Assembly: GCF_964204645.1 (NCBI RefSeq)
Contig: NC_134036.1
Coordinates: 3,286,001-3,350,000, forward strand
DNA: 64,000 bases
Reading direction: 5' to 3'
Origin: Tubulanus polymorphus
Taxonomy: Eukaryota; Animalia; Nemertea
Shown one piece after another: positions 51,501-64,000 of this stretch. A program made the position numbers and the translations under genes. The notes beneath the pieces were generated by a model. The model saw only the letters and a list, made by a program, of their open reading frames with translations. It searched no databases and was not told the origin of the DNA. How positions within the stretch are numbered: position 1 is the first letter of the stretch; each line of letters opens with the position of its first letter.

Positions 51501-54500
51501 CCAGCCGCTGCTGCTCCAACTCCTCTCGCCTTCATCTGTCGAGCTCGGCAAGCTCCCGCCGCCGAATTTCTGCCTCCACTCTTGCACACTCTATCTCCTA
51601 CTCCAGTCTCCTCTTCGGTGCGTCCTGTTCATGGCGCGCCCTCTGCGGGGTCGAATACAGATCCACTTCGTTCTCGTTACTACTCGCGCTCTACAGCATC
51701 TCGCGGATAACCCGCCCCTCCTCACCGCGCAAACGCAACACACGGACCCGCTTCCTCTTCTGAAAAGAGGTAATCCTCATCTGCAAGAAAAAACTGACGT
51801 CAGATAAAGAGTAAAAAAGATTAGAAATAACATTACAAAATCATAATTATATATGAAATTGTTTAAAGCAGTTATCATTTAAAGGGGTGGTTCCTTTTCA
51901 AGGCCTTTCAATTTAGTGACTGCCTTATCTTAGGAACTTGCTTCTTGATCCGATTCAAATACATTGATAATTTAAATAGATAATTAATAGAATACTTGAG
52001 ATTTACTTAGACCTCGCATAAGCAAAAACCTTGTTGGTTAATACTATGTTTTGAATCTAAGAAGTTTAATAAACCTGTCTCTGGCCCAGGTTTAACTTGT
52101 TTCTGGTTTTAAGGATGACTGAAAACCTTGAAAAAGTAAAAACCTCGTCAAATAATACTATGATGATTGATTGTAAGCTGATTGGTTACTGTGGTTACAT
52201 TCTGAACTGTTGCATCATCGTCACTTCTCCTTCACTTCTATTCGCGCTCTACACCATCTCGCGAATAACTCACCCCTCCTGACCGCACAAACACGTGGCA
52301 TGGACATGCTTCCTCTTCTGGAAAGAGGTTATTTTTAACTGCCAGAAAAAAACGTCCTGTTGCTTTGTAAACAATATTGATAAAACCTCTCTAGGTGACC
52401 GGTTTAACTTGTATCTGGTTTTAAGGATTACTGAAAACCTTGAAAAAGTAAAAACCTCATCGCTTAATACTTTGATGTTAAACCTGGTTCTGGCCCAGGT
52501 CTAACCTGTATCTGGTTTCTAAGGATGTCCGTAAATCTTGAAAAGTAAAAAAACCTTGTTGGTTATTACTATGATTCGAATCTAAGAAGGTTAATGTCTT
52601 GGCTCCGGGATAAACCTATATGAAACTGACCCCTACAGGTGATTATCGATGATAATAATCGGTCGTAGAATAGAATATAAAACAGAAGAAAATTATAAAT
52701 ATTGATAAATACTTACGGAATTCAAACAAGAATTCCCGCATAACCTCGACCGAAGTAGAGCCCTCTCTTATTGTATCCCGTAATCAATCTGGGAACAACT
52801 TGGAGTGACCGGTACCCCAGGGGGGGCTTCCCTCTTGTAATTATACTATAAAATAGGAAGGACATTCAATAAGAATACGAATAGCAATTATTTCAATAAT
52901 TTGTAAAAAATTTATTTACACTTCATAATCATCATCGCTGACCGATTGTTCTGGAGAGCGCTGGAAACATAAAAATCAATTGAAATTCATTATTAGTAAT
53001 CAATATAAACAACTGGTGTAAATAAAACACTTGAAAATCAGATCAATTCAGGTAAAACTTACGGACGCCAAACGTGGCGATCTGCGCGTCGGCAGCGCCA
53101 CATGCCGAGTTTTCTTTTTAGCTTTTGGCATCTAAAAGGAAAAAAAAAAGAAAAACTCCAGCCTGTTTACCATACTCGAATATGCTCCAGGTAAAACATC
53201 TATCTGGTTTAAAGGATTACCTTACACCTTCCTTGTGGAATCAATTGTAAGGAAAATCCAGACTACCCACATCCTCCTTCGAGATCTCACTTGAGATTGT
53301 TGTAAACAATATTGATAAAACCTCAATATTCAATGTTTTATTGTATTTGAATGTATTTATAAAAGCTGATTGGTTACTGTGGCTACAGTCTTATCAAAGT
53401 TGAATAGACAAATAGAATACAATATGATACATTTTTATGATACTCTCTGCATTGATCGAAATGATGGAAAACGATTCAATACAAGAATTCAAATCTAAAC
53501 TTGATCTATCATTAAGCCTTGAAGATCTAAAGCTCTATTCAAATCCACCAACAAATGGGCACATGTATGTGACCGGTGGACAGTCGACCATTGTTGACCA
53601 TTGCCACGGCTTCAAACTCTGAACCAGCACCTGCGGTTGGGTGCGCCAACTTTGCATTGAGAGTGCTGGTACTGACTCGAGGTGATTGCGGAGGAAATGG
53701 TACATCTGGCCTCACGGGGTAGGAGGATCAAAAATATCCTCCATCGGTGGTAACTCAGAGAGTCCGGACGACCCTCATCCTCAGGAATCTCGCCCTCCTG
53801 CCGCTGCCGCTCCAAATCCTCTCGCCTCCATCTGTCGAGCTCCGCAAGCTCCCGTCGCCGAATTTCGATCTCCACTCTTGCACGCTCTATCTCCTGCTCC
53901 AGTCTCCTCTTCGGTGCGTCCTGTTCATGGCACGCCCTCTGCGGGGTCGAATACAGATCCACTTCGTTCTCGCTACTACTCGCGCTCTACAGCATCTCGC
54001 GGATTACCCGCCCTTCCTCACCATGCAAACGCAATACATGGACCCGCTTCCTCTTTTGGAAGGAAGTAATCCTCATCTGCAAGAAAAAAACAACGTCAGA
54101 TAAAGAGTAAAAAAGATTAGAGATAACATTACAAAATCATAATTATATATGAACTGGTTTAAAGCAGTTATCATTTTAAAGGGGTGGTTCCTTTTCAAGT
54201 TCTTTCAATTTAGTGACTGTCCTATCTTGCTTTTTGATCCGATTTCATAAGAATTAATTCAGCCGTGAAACACTAGATATCAGACAATCCATTCAACAAA
54301 AAATGATTGTCCACGATTTTAGTGAATGTTTTGAGGGCTCCTGATTACAGAATAACTTTTTACACCCTCTCAAGCAACAATTTACCAATTATTATTGCTA
54401 AAAGGTCGAGTGGTCACTTCGAGTGTTTTGGCGAGGCAATGACTAATATTTTTCGCAGCCTTTGCCTTTGAAGATATTCGGTAGATTTTAACGCTTACCT

Positions 54501-55379
54501 CGTGCATATCCCCTGGGAAGGTTCTCCCTTGCAGACGGACGGAGAACCTTGAAGCCGCCGGGTGCGGCTGCCTTGGTTCGCGCGGCTGTGCTGCTCCTGG
54601 TGCTGCTCCAGGTGGTGCTCCAGGTCGTCCTGGTGGTTGGGCCGAGGAGGCCGCCGAAAGAACTTAACAAGACAGACCACCTCGGCTGACGGACCACCCT
54701 CAGAATTATCCAAAAATGGAGATACTGTAAAATAAAGAAACATCTAAAAATAACAAATGTTTCATTAGATATATTGTCCCTTCTATTTGACTGTTGAATT
54801 TGATAGGGTGTCCCTTCCTTTACCCACCTGTAGCAAAACAGGGATTTGATTTTGAAATCATGAAGTACAGATATAATCTGATAAATATTCTAGTTTTTAA
54901 CAGTAGTGGAAAAAACGTTTCAAGATCAGTGGTCAACTAATCCTTCAAAAATCTCATTGTGGAATCAATTGTAGAATTTAGAATTAATCTCTTCATTTTA
55001 GTGACTGCCTTATGTTAGGAACTTGCGTTTTGATCCGATTTAAATACATTGGTAAGTTAAATAGATAATTAATAGAATACTTGAGATTTACTTAGACCTT
55101 GCATAAGTAAAAACCTTGTTGGTTAATACTATGTTTTGAATCTAAGAACATTAAAAAACCTGTCTCTGGCCCAGGTTTAACTTGTTTCTGGTTTTAAGGA
55201 TGACTGAAAACCTTGAAAAAGTAAAAACCTCGTCAAATAATACTATGATGGTTGATTGTAAGCTGATTGGTTACTGTGGTTACATTCTGAACTGCTGCAT
55301 CATCATCACTTCTTCACTTCTACTCGCGCTCTACACCATCTCGCGAATAACTCACCCCTCCTGACCATGCAAACACGTG

Positions 55380-58300
55380 GCATGGACATGCTTCCTCTTC
55401 TGGAACGAGGTTATTTTTTAACTGCAAGAAAAAAACGTCCTCTTCCCTGTTGCTTTGTAAACAATATTAATAAAACATCTCTAGGTGACAGGTTTAACTT
55501 GTATCTGGTTTTAAGGATTACTGAAAACCTTGAAAAAGTAAAAACCTCATCGCTTAATACTTTGATGTTAAATCTGTGTCTGGCCCAGGTCTAACCTGTA
55601 TCTGGTTTGTAAGGATGTCCGTAAATCTTGAAAAGTAAAAAAACCTTGTTGGTTATTACTATGATTCGAATCTAAGAAGGTTAATGTCTTGGCTCCGGGA
55701 TAAACCTATATGAAACTGACCCCTACAGGTGATTATCGATGATAATAATTGGTCGTAGAATTGAATAGAAGAAAATTATAAATATTGATAAATACTTACG
55801 GAATTCAAACAAGAATTCCCGCATAAACTGGATCGAAGTAGAGCCCTCTCTTATTGTATCCCGTAATCAATCTGGGAACAACTTGGAGTGACCGGTACCC
55901 CAGGGGGGGCTTCCCTCTTGTAATTGTACTATAAAATAGGAAGGACATTCAATAAGAATACGAATAGCAATTATTTCAATAATTTGTAAAAAATTTATTT
56001 ACACTTCATAATCATCATCGCTTGTCGATTGTTCTGGAGAGCGCTGGAAACATAAAAATCAATTGAAATTCATTATTAGTAATCAATATAAACAACTGGT
56101 GTAAATAAAACACTTGAAAATCAGATCAATTCAGGTAAAACTTACGGACGCCAAACGTGGCGATCTGCGCGTCGGCGGCGCCACATGCCGCGTTTTCTTT
56201 TTAGCTTTTGGCATTTAAAAGGAAAAAAAAAGAAAAACTCCAGCCTGTTTACCATACTCGAATATGCTCCAGGTAAAACATCTATCTGGTTTAAAGGATT
56301 ACCTTACACCTTCCTTGTGGAATCAATTGTAAGGAAAATCCAGACTACCCACATCCTCCTTCGAGATCTCACTTGAGATTGTTGTAAACAATATTGATAA
56401 AACCTCAATATTCAATGTTTTATTGTATTTGAATGTATTTATAAAAGCTGATTGGTTACTGTGGCTACAGTCTTATCAAAGTTGAATAGACAAATAGAAT
56501 ACAATATGATACATTTTTATGATACTCTCTACATTGATCGAAATGATGGAAAAAGATTCAATACAAGAATTCAAATCTAAACTTGATCTATCATTAAGCC
56601 TTGAAAATCTAAAGTTCTATTCGAATCCACCAACAGATGGGCACATGTATGTGACCGGTGGACACTCGGCCATTGTTGACCATTGCCACGGCGTCAAACT
56701 CTGAACCAGCACCTGCGGTTGGGTGCACCAACTTTGCATTGAGAGTGCTGGTACTGACTCGAGGTGATTGCGGAGGAAATGGTACATCTGGCCTCACGGA
56801 GTAGGAGGATAAAAAATATCCTCCATCGGTGGTAACTCAGAGAGTCCGGACGACCCTCATCCTCCGGAATCTCGCCCTCCTGCCGCTGCCGCTCCAACTC
56901 CTCTCGCCTCCATCTGTCGAGCTCCGCAAGCTCTCGCCGCCGAATTTCAGCCTCCACTCTCGCACACTATATCTCCTGCTCCAGTATCCTGTTCGGTGCG
57001 TCCTGTTCATGGCGCGCCCTCTGCGGGGTCGAATACAGATCCACTTCGTTCTCGTTACTACTCGCGCTCTACAGCATCTCGCGGATTACCCGCCATTCCT
57101 CACCGCGCAAACACAACACACGGACCCGCTTCCTCTTCTGAAAAGAGGTAATCCTCATCTGCAAGAAAAAACTGACGTCAGATAAAGAGTAAAAAAGATT
57201 AGAAATAACATTACAAAATCATAATTATATATGAAATTGTTTAAAGCAGTTATCATTTAAAAGGGCTGATTCCTTTTCAAGGCCTTTCAATTTAGTGACT
57301 GCCTTATCTTAGGAACTTGCTTTTTGATCCGATTTAAATACATTGATAATTTAAATAGATAATTAATAGAATACTTGAGATTTACTTAGACCTCGCATAA
57401 GTAAAAACCTTGTTGGTTAATACTATGTTTTGAATCTAAGAACATTAAAAAACCTGTCTCTGGCCCAGGTTTAACTTGTTTCTGCTTTTAAGGATGACTG
57501 AAAACCCTGAAAAAGTAAAAACCTCATCAAATAATACTATGATGGTTGATTGTAAACTGATTGGTTACTGTGGCTACATTCTGAACTGCTGCATCATCGT
57601 CACTTCTCCTTCACTTCTACTCGCGCTCTACACTATCTCGCGAATAACTCACCCCTCCTGACCACGCAAACACGTGGCATGGACATGCTTCCTCTTCTGG
57701 AACGAGGTTATTTTTTAACTGCAAGAAAAAAACGTCCTCTTCCCTGTTGCTTTGTAAACAATATTAATAAAACATCTCTAGGTGACAGGTTTAACTTGTA
57801 TCTGGTTTTAAGGATTACTGAAAACCTTGAAAAAATAAAAACCTCATCGCTTAATACTTTGATGTTAAATCTGTGTCTGGCCCAGGTCTAACCTGTATCT
57901 TGTTTGTAAGGATGTCCGTAAATCTTGAAAAGTAAAAAAACCTTGTTGGTTATTACTATGATTCGAATCTAAGAAGGTTAATGTCTTGGCTCCGGGATAA
58001 ACCTATATGAAACTGACCCCTACAGGTGATTATCGATGATAATAATTGGTCGTAGAATTGAATAGAAGAAAATTATAAATATTGATAAATACTTACGGAA
58101 TTCAAACAAGAATTCCCGCATAAACTGGATCGAAGTAGAGCCCTCTCTTATTGTATCCCGTAATCAATCTGGGAACAACTTGGAGTGACCGGTACCCCAG
58201 GGGGGGCTTCCCTCTTGTAATTGTACTATAAAATAGGAAGGACATTCAATAAGAATACGAATAGCAATTATTTCAATAATTTGTAAAAAATTTATTTACA

Positions 58301-58840
58301 CTTCATAATCATCATCGCTTGTCGATTGTTCTGGAGAGCGCTGGAAACATAAAAATCAATTGAAATTCATTATTAGTAATCAATATAAACAACTGGTGTA
58401 AATAAAACACTTGAAAATCAGATCAATTCAGGTAAAACTTACGGACGCCAAACGTGGCGATCTGCGCGTCGGCGGCGCCACATGCCGCGTTTTCTTTTTA
58501 GCTTTTGGCATTTAAAAGGAAAAAAAAAGAAAAACTCCAGCCTGTTTACCATACTCGAATATGCTCCAGGTAAAACATCTATCTGGTTTAAAGGATTACC
58601 TTACACCTTCCTTGTGGAATCAAGCGTAAGGAAAATCCAGACTACCCACATCCTCCTTCGAGATCTCACTTGAGATTGTTGTAAACAATATAGATAAAAC
58701 CTCAATATTCAATGTTTTATTGTATTTGAATGTATTTATAAAAGCTGATTGGTTACCGTGGCTACGGTCTTATCAAAGTTGAATAGACAAATAAAATACA
58801 ATATGATACATTTTTAAGATACTCTCTGCATTGTTCGAAA
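55380..58840. repeat. Local 2,297-bp-period duplication in the distal array
   Basis: ORFs 56185 and 58482 are 2,297 apart and share private variants (GGCATTTAAAA, AAACTGGATCGAAG, GAATTGAATAGAAGAAAA, CGGCGGCGCCAC). Confidence 0.75.
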
Positions 58841-61800
58841 TGATGGAAAAACAACGTGAGATAAAGAGTAAAAAAGATTAGAAATAACATTACAAAATCA
58901 TAATTATATATGAAATTGTTTAAAGCAGTTATCATTTAAAGGGGCTGATTCCTTTTCAAGGCCTTTCAATTTAGTGACTGCCTTATCTTAGGAACTTGCT
59001 TCTTGATCCGATTCAAATACATTGATAATTTAAATAGATAATTAATAGAATACTTGAGATTTACTTAGACCTTGCATAAGTAAAAACCTTGTTGGTTAAT
59101 ACTATGTTTTGAATCTAAGAAGTTTAATAAACCTGTCTCTGGCCCAGGTTTAACTTGTTTCTGCTTTTAAGGATGACTGAAAACCTTGAAAAAGTAAAAA
59201 CCTCGTCAAATAATACTATGAATATTGATTGTAAGCTGATTGGTTACTGTGGTTACATTCTGAACTGTTGCATCATCGTCACTTCTCCTTCACTTCTACT
59301 CGCGCTCTACACCATCTCGCGAATAACTCACCCCTCCTGACCACGCAAACACGTAGCATGGACATGCTTCCTCTTCTGGAAAGAGGTTATTTTTAACTGC
59401 CAGAAAAAAAGTCCTCTTCCCTGTTGCTTTGTAAACAATATTGATAAAACCTCTCTAGGTGACCGGTTTAACTTGTATCTGGTTTTAAGGATTACTGAAA
59501 ACCTTGAAAAAGTAAAAACCTCATCGCTTAATACTTTGATGTTAAACCTGGTTCTGGCCCAGGTCTAACGTGTATCTGGTTTCTAAGGATGTCCGTAAAT
59601 CTTGAAAAGTAAAAAAACCTTGTTGGTTTATCCTATGATTCAAATCTAAGAAGGTTAATGTCTTGGCTCCGGGATTAACTTATATGAAACTGACCCCTAC
59701 AGGTGATTATCACTGATAATAATCGGTCATAGAAGAATTGAATATAAACCAGAAGAAAATTATAAATATTGATAAATACTTACGGAATTCAAACAAGAAT
59801 TCCCGCATAAACTCGATCGAAGTAGAGCCCTCTCTTATTGTATCCCTTAATACAATCGGGGAACAACTTAGAGTGCCCTGCGCCGTCGACTGGTTGCCCA
59901 GTGGGACTTCTCTCTTGTAATTGTACTGTCATCATCGCTCGAAGCGCTGAAAATATAGAAATCAATTGAAATTCCTTATTAGTAATCAATATAAACAACT
60001 GGTGTAAATAAAACACTTGAAAATCAGATCAATTCAGGTAAAACTTACGGACACCAAACGTGGCGATCTGCGCGTCGGTGGCGCCACATTTTTGGTTTTT
60101 TTTTTAGCTTTTGGCATCTAAAAAGACAAAAAAAAGAAAAACTCCAGCCTGTTTACCATATACTCGAATATACTCCAGGTAAAACATCTATCTGGTTTAA
60201 AGGATTACCTTACACCTTCCTTGTGGAATCAATTGTAAGGAAAATCCAGACTACCCACATCCTCCTTCGAGATCTCACTTGAGATTGTTGTAAACAATAT
60301 TGGTAAAACCTCAATATTCAATGTTTTATTGTATTTGAATGTATTTATAAAAGCTGATTGGTTATTGTGGCTACAGTCTTATCAAAGTTGAAAAGACAAA
60401 TAAAATACAATATGATACATTTTTATGATACTCTCTGCATTGTTCGAAATGATGGAAAAAGATTCAATACAAGAATTCAAATCTTAACTTGATCTATCAT
60501 TAAGCCTTGAAAATCTAAAGCTCTATTCAAATCCACCAACAGATGGGCACATGTATGTGACCGGTGGACAGTCGACCATTGTTGACCATTGCCACGGCTT
60601 CAAACTCTGAACCAGCACCTGCGGTTGGGTGCGCCAACTTTGCATTGAGAGTGCTGGTACTGACTCGAGGTGATTGCGGAGGAAATGGTACATCTGGCCT
60701 CACGGGGTAGGAGGATAAAAAATATCCTCCATCGGTGGTAACTCAGGAGAGTCCGGACAACCCTCATCCTCCGGAATCTCGCCCTCCTGCCGCTGCCGCT
60801 CCAACTCCTCTCGCCTCCATCTGTCGATCTCCGCAAGCTCCCGCCGCCGAATTTCTGCCTCCACTCTCTCACGCTCTATCTCCTACTCCAGTCTCCTCTT
60901 CTGTGCTTCCTGTTCATGGCGCGCCCTCTGCAGGGTCGAATACAGATCCACTTCGTTCTCGTTACTACTCGCGCTTTCGACTATCTCGCGGATAACCCGC
61001 CCCTCCTCACCGCGCAAACGCAACACACGGACCCGCTTCCTCTTTTGGAACGACGTTATTCTCATCTGCAAGAAAAAAAAACAACGTTGTCAGATAATGA
61101 GTAAAAAAGATTAAAAATAACATTACCAAATTATATATGAACTGGTTTAAAGCAGTTATCATTTTGAAGGGGTGGTTCCTTTTCAAGTTCTTTCAATTTA
61201 GTGACTGTCCTATCTTAGGAACTTGCTTTTTTGATCCGATTTAAATACATTGATAATTTAAATAGATAATTAATAGAATACTTGAGATTTACTTAGACCT
61301 CGCATAAGTAAAAACTTTGTTGGTTAATACTATGTTTTGAATCTAAGAAGTTTAATAAACCTGTCTCTGGCCCAGGTTTAACTTGTTTCTGGTTTAAAGG
61401 ATGACTGAAAACCTTGAAAAAGTAAAAACCTCGTCAAATAATACTATGAATATTGATTGTAAGCTGATTGGTTACTGTGGCTACATTCTGAACCGTTGCA
61501 TCATCGTCACTTCTCCTTCACTTCTACTCGCGCTCTACACCATCTCGCGAATAACTCACCCCTCCTGACCGCACAAACACGTAGCATGGACATGCTTCCT
61601 CTTCTGAAACGAGGTTATTTTTAACTGCCAGAAAAAAAACGTCCTCTTCCCTGTTGCTTTGTAAACAATATTGATAAAACCTCTCTAGGTGACCGGTTTA
61701 ACTTGTATCTGCTTTTAAGGATTACTGAAAACCTTGAAAAAGTAAAAACCTCAACGCTTAATACTTTGATGTTAAACCTGGTTCTGGCCCAGGTCTAACC

Positions 61801-64000
61801 TGTATCTGGTTTCTAAGGATGTCCGTAAATCTTGAAAAGTATAAAAACCTTGTTGGTTATTACTATGATTCAAATCTAAGAAGGTTAATGTCTTGGCTCC
61901 GGGATAAACCTATATGAAACTGACCCCTACAGGTGATTATCGATGATAATAATCGGTCGTAGAATAGAATATAAAACAGAAGAAAATTATAGATATTGAT
62001 AAATACTTACGGAATTCAAACAAGAATTCCCGCATAACCTCGACCGAAGTAGAGCCCTCTCTTATTGTATCCCATAATCAATCTGGGAACAACTTGGAGT
62101 GACCGGCACCGTCGACTGGTACCCCAGGGGAGGCTTCCCTCTTGTAATTGTACTGTAAAATAGGAAGGACATTCAATAAGAATACGAATAGCAATTATTT
62201 CAATAATTTGTGAAAAATTTATTTACACTTAATAATCATCATCGCTGAACGATTGTTCTGGAGAGCGCTGGAAACATAAAAATCAATTGAAATTCATTAT
62301 TAGTAATCAATATAAACAACTGGTGTAAATAAAACACTTGAAAATCAGATCAATTCAGGTAAAACTTACGGACACCAAACGTGGCGATCTGCGCGTCGGT
62401 GGCGCCACATGCCTAGTTTTCTTTTTAGCTTTTGGCATCTAAAAAGAAAAAAAAAAGAAAAACTCCAGCCTGTTTACCATATACTCGAATATACTCCAGG
62501 TAAAACATCTATCTGGTTTAAAGGATTACCTTACACCTTCCTTGTGGAATCAATTGTAAGGAAAGTCCAGACTACCCACATCCTCATTCGAGATCTCACT
62601 TGAGATTGTTGTAAACAATATAGATAAAACCTCAATATTCAATGTTTTATTGTATTTGAATGTATTTATAAAAGCTGATTGGTTACCGTGGCTACAGTCT
62701 TATCAAAGTTGAATAGACAAATAAAATACAATATGATACATTTTTATGATACTCTCTGCATTGTTCGAAATGATGGAAAAACAACGTGAGATAAAGAGTA
62801 AAAAAGATTAGAAATAACATTACAAAATCATAATTATATATGAAATTGTTTAAAGCAGTTATCATTTAAAAGGGCTGATTCCTTTTCAAGGCCTTTCAAT
62901 TTAGTGACTGCCTTATCTTAGGAACTTGCTTTTTGATCCGATTTAAATACATTGATAATTTAAATAGATAATTAATAGAATACTTGAGATTTACTTAGAC
63001 CTTGCATAAGTAAAAACCTTGTTGGTTAATACTGTTTTGAATCTAAGAACATTAAAAAACCTGTCTCTGGCCCAGGTTTAACTTGTTTCTGCTTTTAAGG
63101 ATGACTGAAAACCCTAAAAAAGTAAAAACCTCGTCAAATAATACTATGATGGTTGATTGTAAGCTGATTGGTTACTGTGGTTACATTCTACACTGCTGCA
63201 TCATCGTCACTTCTCCTTCACTTCTCCTTCACTTCTACTCGCGCTCTACACTATCTCGCGAATAACTCACCCCTCCTGACCGCACAAACACGTAGCATGG
63301 ACATGCTTCCTCTTCTGGAAAGAGGTTATTTTTAACTGCCAGAAAAAAACGTCCTCTTCCCTGTTGCTTTGTAAACAATATTAATAAAACCTCTCTAGGT
63401 GACCGGTTTAACTTGTATCTGGTTTTAAGGATTACTGAAAACCTTGACAAAATAAAAACCTCATCGCTTAATACTTTGATGTTAAATCTGTGTCTGGCCC
63501 AGGTCTAACCTGTATCTGGTTTGTAAGGATGTCCGTAAATCTTGAAAAGTAAAAAAACCTTGTTGGTTATTACTATGATTCAAATCTAAGACGGTTAATG
63601 TCTTGGCTCCGGGATAAACCTATATGAAACTGACCCCTACTGGTGATTATCGATGATAATAATTGGTCGTAGAATAGAATATAAAACAGAAGAAAATTAT
63701 AAATATTGATAAATACTTACGGAATTCAAACAAGAATTCCCGTATAAACTCTACCGAAGTAGAGCCCTCTCTTACAGTATCCCTTAATACAATCGGGTAA
63801 CAACTTTGAGTGACCGGTACCCCAGGGGGGACTTCTCTTTTCTGTTTGTAATCATCGTCGCTTGATTGTTCTGGAGAGCACTGAAAACATAGAAATCAAT
63901 TGAAATTCATTATAAGTAATCAATATAAACAACTGTTGTAAACTCAGGAGAGTCCAGACGACCCTCATCCTCGGGAATCTCGCCCTCCTACCGCTGCCGC

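Larger units (their letters stand above)
7466..64000. repeat. Complex modular tandem array (macrosatellite) of ~0.7-3 kb monomers; runs off the window end
   Basis: The same modules recur head-to-tail in one orientation throughout, e.g. GACGCCAAACGTGGCGATC at ~9542, 11813, 14795, 15500, 17725, 20706, 21397, 23099 and onward. The ORF track repeats accordingly. Confidence 0.98.

Noticed and set aside
7466-64000. The many 60-140 aa ORFs in the array as real single-exon genes
   Set aside because: They are antisense or off-frame readings of the exon modules, or read through introns. Many start at TTG/GTG and they are broken differently from copy to copy.
7466-64000. CRISPR array, rDNA, histone cluster or an autonomous transposon array
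   Set aside because: No short repeat-spacer pattern, and no rRNA, histone, transposase, reverse transcriptase, integrase or helicase motifs were recognisable.

Overview
Eukaryotic (animal, probably invertebrate) genomic DNA: AT-rich, with GT-AG introns and no prokaryotic features. The first ~7.4 kb is unique sequence. It holds the last two coding exons of a calmodulin-like 4 (CALML4) gene (+), a stand-alone nuclear RNase P RNA gene with TATA box and T6 terminator (-), a CCAAT/GC-box promoter followed by a probable short three-exon transcript (+), and several MITEs (one Tc1/mariner-type, two Harbinger-type). From ~7466 to the window end (>56 kb) is a complex tandem array. Its monomers are shuffled, decayed copies of an unrecognised five-exon minus-strand gene. 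Splice sites and exon phases allow reconstruction of roughly 280-290 codons (basic MPKAKKK...RRSPRLAS N-terminus, Pro/Gly/Ala linker, Glu/Arg-rich tail), but every copy inspected is disabled. The core of the array is three near-identical copies of an 11,286-bp higher-order repeat (5,911 + 5,375 bp halves), flanked by older, more divergent monomers, with microhomology junctions and small conversion-like patches. Nearly all ORFs listed for the array are by-products of this repeat. All alignments were done by eye; no database search was possible.
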